Shown here in pieces: positions 60,266-62,992 of a DNA stretch of 62,992 nucleotides. Positions within the stretch are counted from its first letter, which is position 1; every line of letters starts with the position of its first letter. Source of the stretch: Dehalococcoidia bacterium (GTDB taxonomy: Bacteria; Chloroflexota; Dehalococcoidia; DSTF01; JACRBR01); contig JBBQVO010000001.1 of the NCBI GenBank assembly GCA_038211505.1, forward strand, positions 1 to 62,992, given 5' to 3'. The position numbers were made by a program, and so were the translations under genes. The notes beneath the pieces are model-generated. The model ran no database searches. It was not told the origin of the DNA and was given only the letters and a program-made list of their open reading frames with translations.

Positions 60266-61123
60266 GTGCGATTTCCGCTGCGGATGGCCGAACATTACTG
60301 TGTGAATCGCATCGTATTCCTCATTGGCGGCGGGCTGGCGATCTTCGGGTCGTACCTCGCGGTGATCCTCGGGCTCACGCCGTACCCCGGTCTCGGACCG
60401 TCGACGTTCGCGGGCATCGCGCTGCCGGCTCTCGTGTCGGGCCTGGTGATGGCCGCGTTCATCGCCATCGAGGCGAAAGAGACGAAGCATCAGACGGGGA
60501 TGGTCGGGGATCTGCACGCGCAGCTCGCGCGCAAGGAGATCGAGATCAGCCGCTTGTCGGCGCTCGACGAGCTCACAGGGCTGGCGACGCGCCTGCACTT
60601 CGACGAGACGGTGCAGCTCGAGTTCAAGCGCTCGGAACGCCACGGCCGTCCGCTGGCGCTGATGCTGATCGAGATCGATGACCTCCAGGATGTCGGCGAT
60701 CGAGTCGGCGCACTGAGCAAGGGTTACCTGCTGTCGGAAGTCGGCGCGATGCTGCGGACGCAGCTGCGGCTCAACGATATCGGCTGCCGCTACACGATCG
60801 AGCAGCTGGCTGTCTTGATGCCAGAGACCGACGCCATCGGCGCGCACCAGGCGGCCGAGAAGATCCGGACGCTCGCCGGCGAGCGTGAATTTCTGAGCAC
60901 GCGCCCGGGCGAGGGATTCCACCTGACGGTATCGCAGGGCATCGCGTCGATGCCGTCGTCGACGTTTACGTCGCATCTCGACTTCCTGAAGGCGGCTGAG
61001 TCAGCGCTCGCGCAGGCGCGTGTCGCCGGCCGCGATCAAGTCTTCGTCATCGCCGCCGATCTTCCTGTTGCCGACGCGTCCGCCGACGTCGCCGAAGGCG
61101 AAGCTGAGCAACTCGCCAGCTAG
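60266..61123 (+). CDS. Membrane-anchored degenerate GGDEF-domain protein
   Basis: 285 aa with 2-3 N-terminal TM helices and a coiled-coil segment. GGDEF-domain landmarks 'LDELTGLATRLHF' and 'MLIEIDDL' are present. The catalytic GGDEF is replaced by 'RYTIEQL', and GH..GD by 'VGALSKGY'. The start is uncertain. Confidence 0.65.
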   Translation: MRFPLRMAEHYCVNRIVFLIGGGLAIFGSYLAVILGLTPYPGLGPSTFAGIALPALVSGLVMAAFIAIEAKETKHQTGMVGDLHAQLARKEIEISRLSALDELTGLATRLHFDETVQLEFKRSERHGRPLALMLIEIDDLQDVGDRVGALSKGYLLSEVGAMLRTQLRLNDIGCRYTIEQLAVLMPETDAIGAHQAAEKIRTLAGEREFLSTRPGEGFHLTVSQGIASMPSSTFTSHLDFLKAAESALAQARVAGRDQVFVIAADLPVADASADVAEGEAEQLAS

Positions 61124-61181
61124 CCACCCTCCCACACATCATGCATTCCGCCGCTATACTCCCGCCGATGGCGGAGGTGCG

Positions 61182-61778
61182 ATGCCGATAGCGCGCGTGC
61201 GTGGCGTAGTCGAAGAGAAGGGCGACGATTGGCTGATCGTCGGCGTTGGCGGCATCGGCGTCCTCGCCGCCGTGCCCGCGTCCACGGCCGACGCATTTGA
61301 GGTCGGCGCGCCAGCCACGCTCTACACGCACCTACACGTGCGCGAGGATGCGCTCTCACTGTTCGGCTTTGGTTCGCGCGACGATCTTACGCTGTTCGAG
61401 CAGCTGATCAGCGTCAGCGGCGTCGGCCCGCGCGTCGCTCTTGGCCTGCTGTCGGCGCTCGATTACGGGCAGCTGACGTCTGCGATCGCCGGCGGACGCT
61501 CCGACGTGCTGCGCAAAGTGCCCGGCGTCGGACAGAAGACGGCGGAGCGCATCGTCCTCGATCTGCGCGACAAGGTGACGCCGCCCGCAGCCGGCATCGA
61601 TGTCACATCCGAAACGAAGTCCGCCGCGAAGCGCGACGGCGACGTGATTGCCGCGCTGCTCGGCCTCGGATACTCGACTGCGGAGGCGGAAGCGGCCGCA
61701 TCCCGCCTCCCGGAAGACGGCGATCTCCCGGTCGAGGAGCGCGTGCGCCAGGCGCTGTCATTCTTCGCGAGAGCGTGA
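61182..61778 (+). CDS. ruvA: Holliday junction branch migration complex subunit RuvA
   Basis: 198 aa from the ATG at 61182: 'VRGVVEEKGDDWLIVGVGGIGV', with HhH motifs 'LISVSGVGPRVALGLLS' and 'KVPGVGQKTAERIVLDL'. Confidence 0.93.
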   Translation: MPIARVRGVVEEKGDDWLIVGVGGIGVLAAVPASTADAFEVGAPATLYTHLHVREDALSLFGFGSRDDLTLFEQLISVSGVGPRVALGLLSALDYGQLTSAIAGGRSDVLRKVPGVGQKTAERIVLDLRDKVTPPAAGIDVTSETKSAAKRDGDVIAALLGLGYSTAEAEAAASRLPEDGDLPVEERVRQALSFFARA

Positions 61779-61897
61779 CGACCCGCTGTCATTCTGCGAG
61801 GTTGTGACGAGCCGGCGATTGCGGTAGGGGCGACCCTATGTGGCCTCCGACCGCGAAAGGCGACGACGCGATGGTGCATGACGCGAATGGAACGACT

Positions 61898-62041
61898 GTC
61901 ATTCTGAGCGAAGCGAAGAACCGCAGGTGCCTTGGGTGGTATCTCCGATGTCACCCGCGAATGTCGTCCCAAGTAAATGTCGCCTGCGAACAAACGACGG
62001 GGAGGCCGTCCGAAGAGGTTATTCCCTTCGCTCAGAATGAC
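61898..62041. repeat. MITE-like element: perfect 16-bp terminal inverted repeats around a ~112-bp core
   Basis: GTCATTCTGAGCGAAG (61898..61913) pairs with CTTCGCTCAGAATGAC (62026..62041). Extra arm copies 'tgtcattct(g/t)cg' start at 61755 and 61786, and 'cgctcagaatgacag' lies at 62051..62065. Confidence 0.65.
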
Positions 62042-62067
62042 AGCGGGTGGCGCTCAGAATGACAGTG

Positions 62068-62123
62068 GCTATCGCCGCTAACTGCCAACCGCTAACTGCC
62101 AACCGCTAACACGCTATCCGCTA
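62068..62123. repeat. Heptanucleotide array (CCGCTAA/CTGCCAA alternating) that runs into a stop codon
   Basis: gctatcg|ccgctaa|ctgccaa|ccgctaa|ctgccaa|ccgctaa|cacgcta|tccgcta. The last unit holds the CTA (TAG) stop of the DinB gene. Confidence 0.8.
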
Positions 62124-62651
62124 GATCGTGGCGCCGCCTTTTGCGGCGACGAGGCCCTTGGCGAATTCGATCTCGCCGAGATGGCGGTAGCCGTGGGTCA
62201 TGCAGAGGCCGGAGACCGCGGTCATGATCGACATCTCGCCGAGCGGCTTGACGGTGATCTTGCGCTCGCTATCTTCGGGCGAGAGCGCGGCGACGTATGA
62301 CTCCGTGCGCTTGAAGACGTTGCTCATGTAGGTGCGGAAGTCGGCGATGCCGGTGACGCGGAAGTCGCGCGCTTCGTCCTCGGTGTAGCCGGTCCCTTGG
62401 GAGTTCGGGTGCAAGCCGAACTTCTCGGCCCAACCTTCGGAGATCCAGATCGTCGGCGCGTGGTGGATGACCCACTGGATCGCATTGTCCTCTGTGCGGA
62501 CATAGTGCCAGAGCGAGAAGCCGAGATTCTGCTTGCCGCCGGCGGGCACGGCGTTGACCTGCTCGTCGGTGAGGTCCGACGTGACGTGCTCGTACAGCCG
62601 GTGCATCGCGCGCAGCTCGCGCTGCATGTAGTCAATCAGTTCCTGTGACAT
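62121..62651 (-). CDS. DinB family protein
   Basis: 176 aa with 'LGFSLWHYVRTED' and 'MTHGYRHLGEIEF'. The ATG overlaps the upstream gene's stop. Confidence 0.6.
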   Translation of the reverse strand: MSQELIDYMQRELRAMHRLYEHVTSDLTDEQVNAVPAGGKQNLGFSLWHYVRTEDNAIQWVIHHAPTIWISEGWAEKFGLHPNSQGTGYTEDEARDFRVTGIADFRTYMSNVFKRTESYVAALSPEDSERKITVKPLGEMSIMTAVSGLCMTHGYRHLGEIEFAKGLVAAKGGATI

Positions 62652-62992
62652 CAGCCCGCCTTCTCGGCCGGCGGCACGGACTGATACGCGCCGAGCGCCG
62701 CCTGGTCTCGATACTGCTCCTTGCCGGCGAGCAGCAGGTCGCCACCGTACATGTCGCAGCAGACGATGGCGGGGAAGCCATCGACCTCGAGCCTTTTGAT
62801 CGATTCGGTGCCGAGATCTTCGTAGGCGATCACGTCGAGGCTGCGGATCGTCTTCGAGAGCAGCGCGCCCGCGCCACCGATCGCCAGCAGGTAGACGGCC
62901 TTGTGTTCTTGCAGCGACTTCTTGACCACGCTGCCGCGTCCGCCCTTGCCGATGATCACCTTCAGCCCTTGATCAAGCAGCGCCGGCGTGAA
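62651..62992 (-). CDS. Fe-S hydro-lyase beta subunit (class I fumarate hydratase/tartrate dehydratase beta), 5' end outside the window
   Basis: 'KVIIGKGGRGSVVKKSLQEHKAVYLLAIGGAGALLS...LEVDGFPAIVCCDMYGGDL'. The reading frame is open to the window edge. Confidence 0.8.
   Translation of the reverse strand, partial: FTPALLDQGLKVIIGKGGRGSVVKKSLQEHKAVYLLAIGGAGALLSKTIRSLDVIAYEDLGTESIKRLEVDGFPAIVCCDMYGGDLLLAGKEQYRDQAALGAYQSVPPAEKAG

Overview
This is a high-GC bacterial chromosomal segment, about two-thirds G+C by eye. It is densely coding and mostly housekeeping. Recognisable genes include lepA, efp-pepP-aroQ, birA, polA, ruvA, tlyA-nadK, an sdhA-sdhB-HdrB-like succinate dehydrogenase operon, a type-A RNase P RNA, and a dTDP-rhamnose/glycosyltransferase cell-envelope cluster. 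There is also an aldehyde:ferredoxin oxidoreductase region and many small detoxification-type enzymes (MBL, VOC, GNAT, alpha/beta hydrolase, SRPBCC, three DinB-family proteins). Two F420-type enzymes (a DDN-family and an LLM-class oxidoreductase), a PIG-L deacetylase and the DinB proteins suggest a Chloroflexota- or Actinomycetota-like organism. I cannot confirm this without a database search. No prophage, transposase, integrase or CRISPR array is visible. A perfect consensus parS site lies at 145..160, which suggests an origin-proximal location. The accessory content is three small toxin-antitoxin-like cassettes: AbrB-type/PIN VapBC, a toxin-like/DUF2283 pair, and a DUF5678-like/retropepsin-like pair. 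The features that ordinary annotation does not explain are these. (1) An acidic 445-aa protein carries three copies of a PopZ-like 'IEATIRRVAASQAARV' helix that differ almost only at synonymous sites, and it is co-oriented with a GAF-GGDEF-variant gene. (2) Nearly every intergenic spacer is filled with short periodic repeats: heptanucleotide arrays, ~10-nt 'CACRGAKK' word arrays, 40-bp-period 'AACTGCCAAAC' arrays, GC-rich hairpin modules and a MITE-like inverted-repeat element. (3) Two genes are broken by single-base indels at short homopolymers, and tlyA lacks a canonical start codon. The long Arg/Pro-rich ORFs opposite real genes are treated as high-GC shadow ORFs. All functional calls rest on motifs I recognise in the supplied translations, not on searches.
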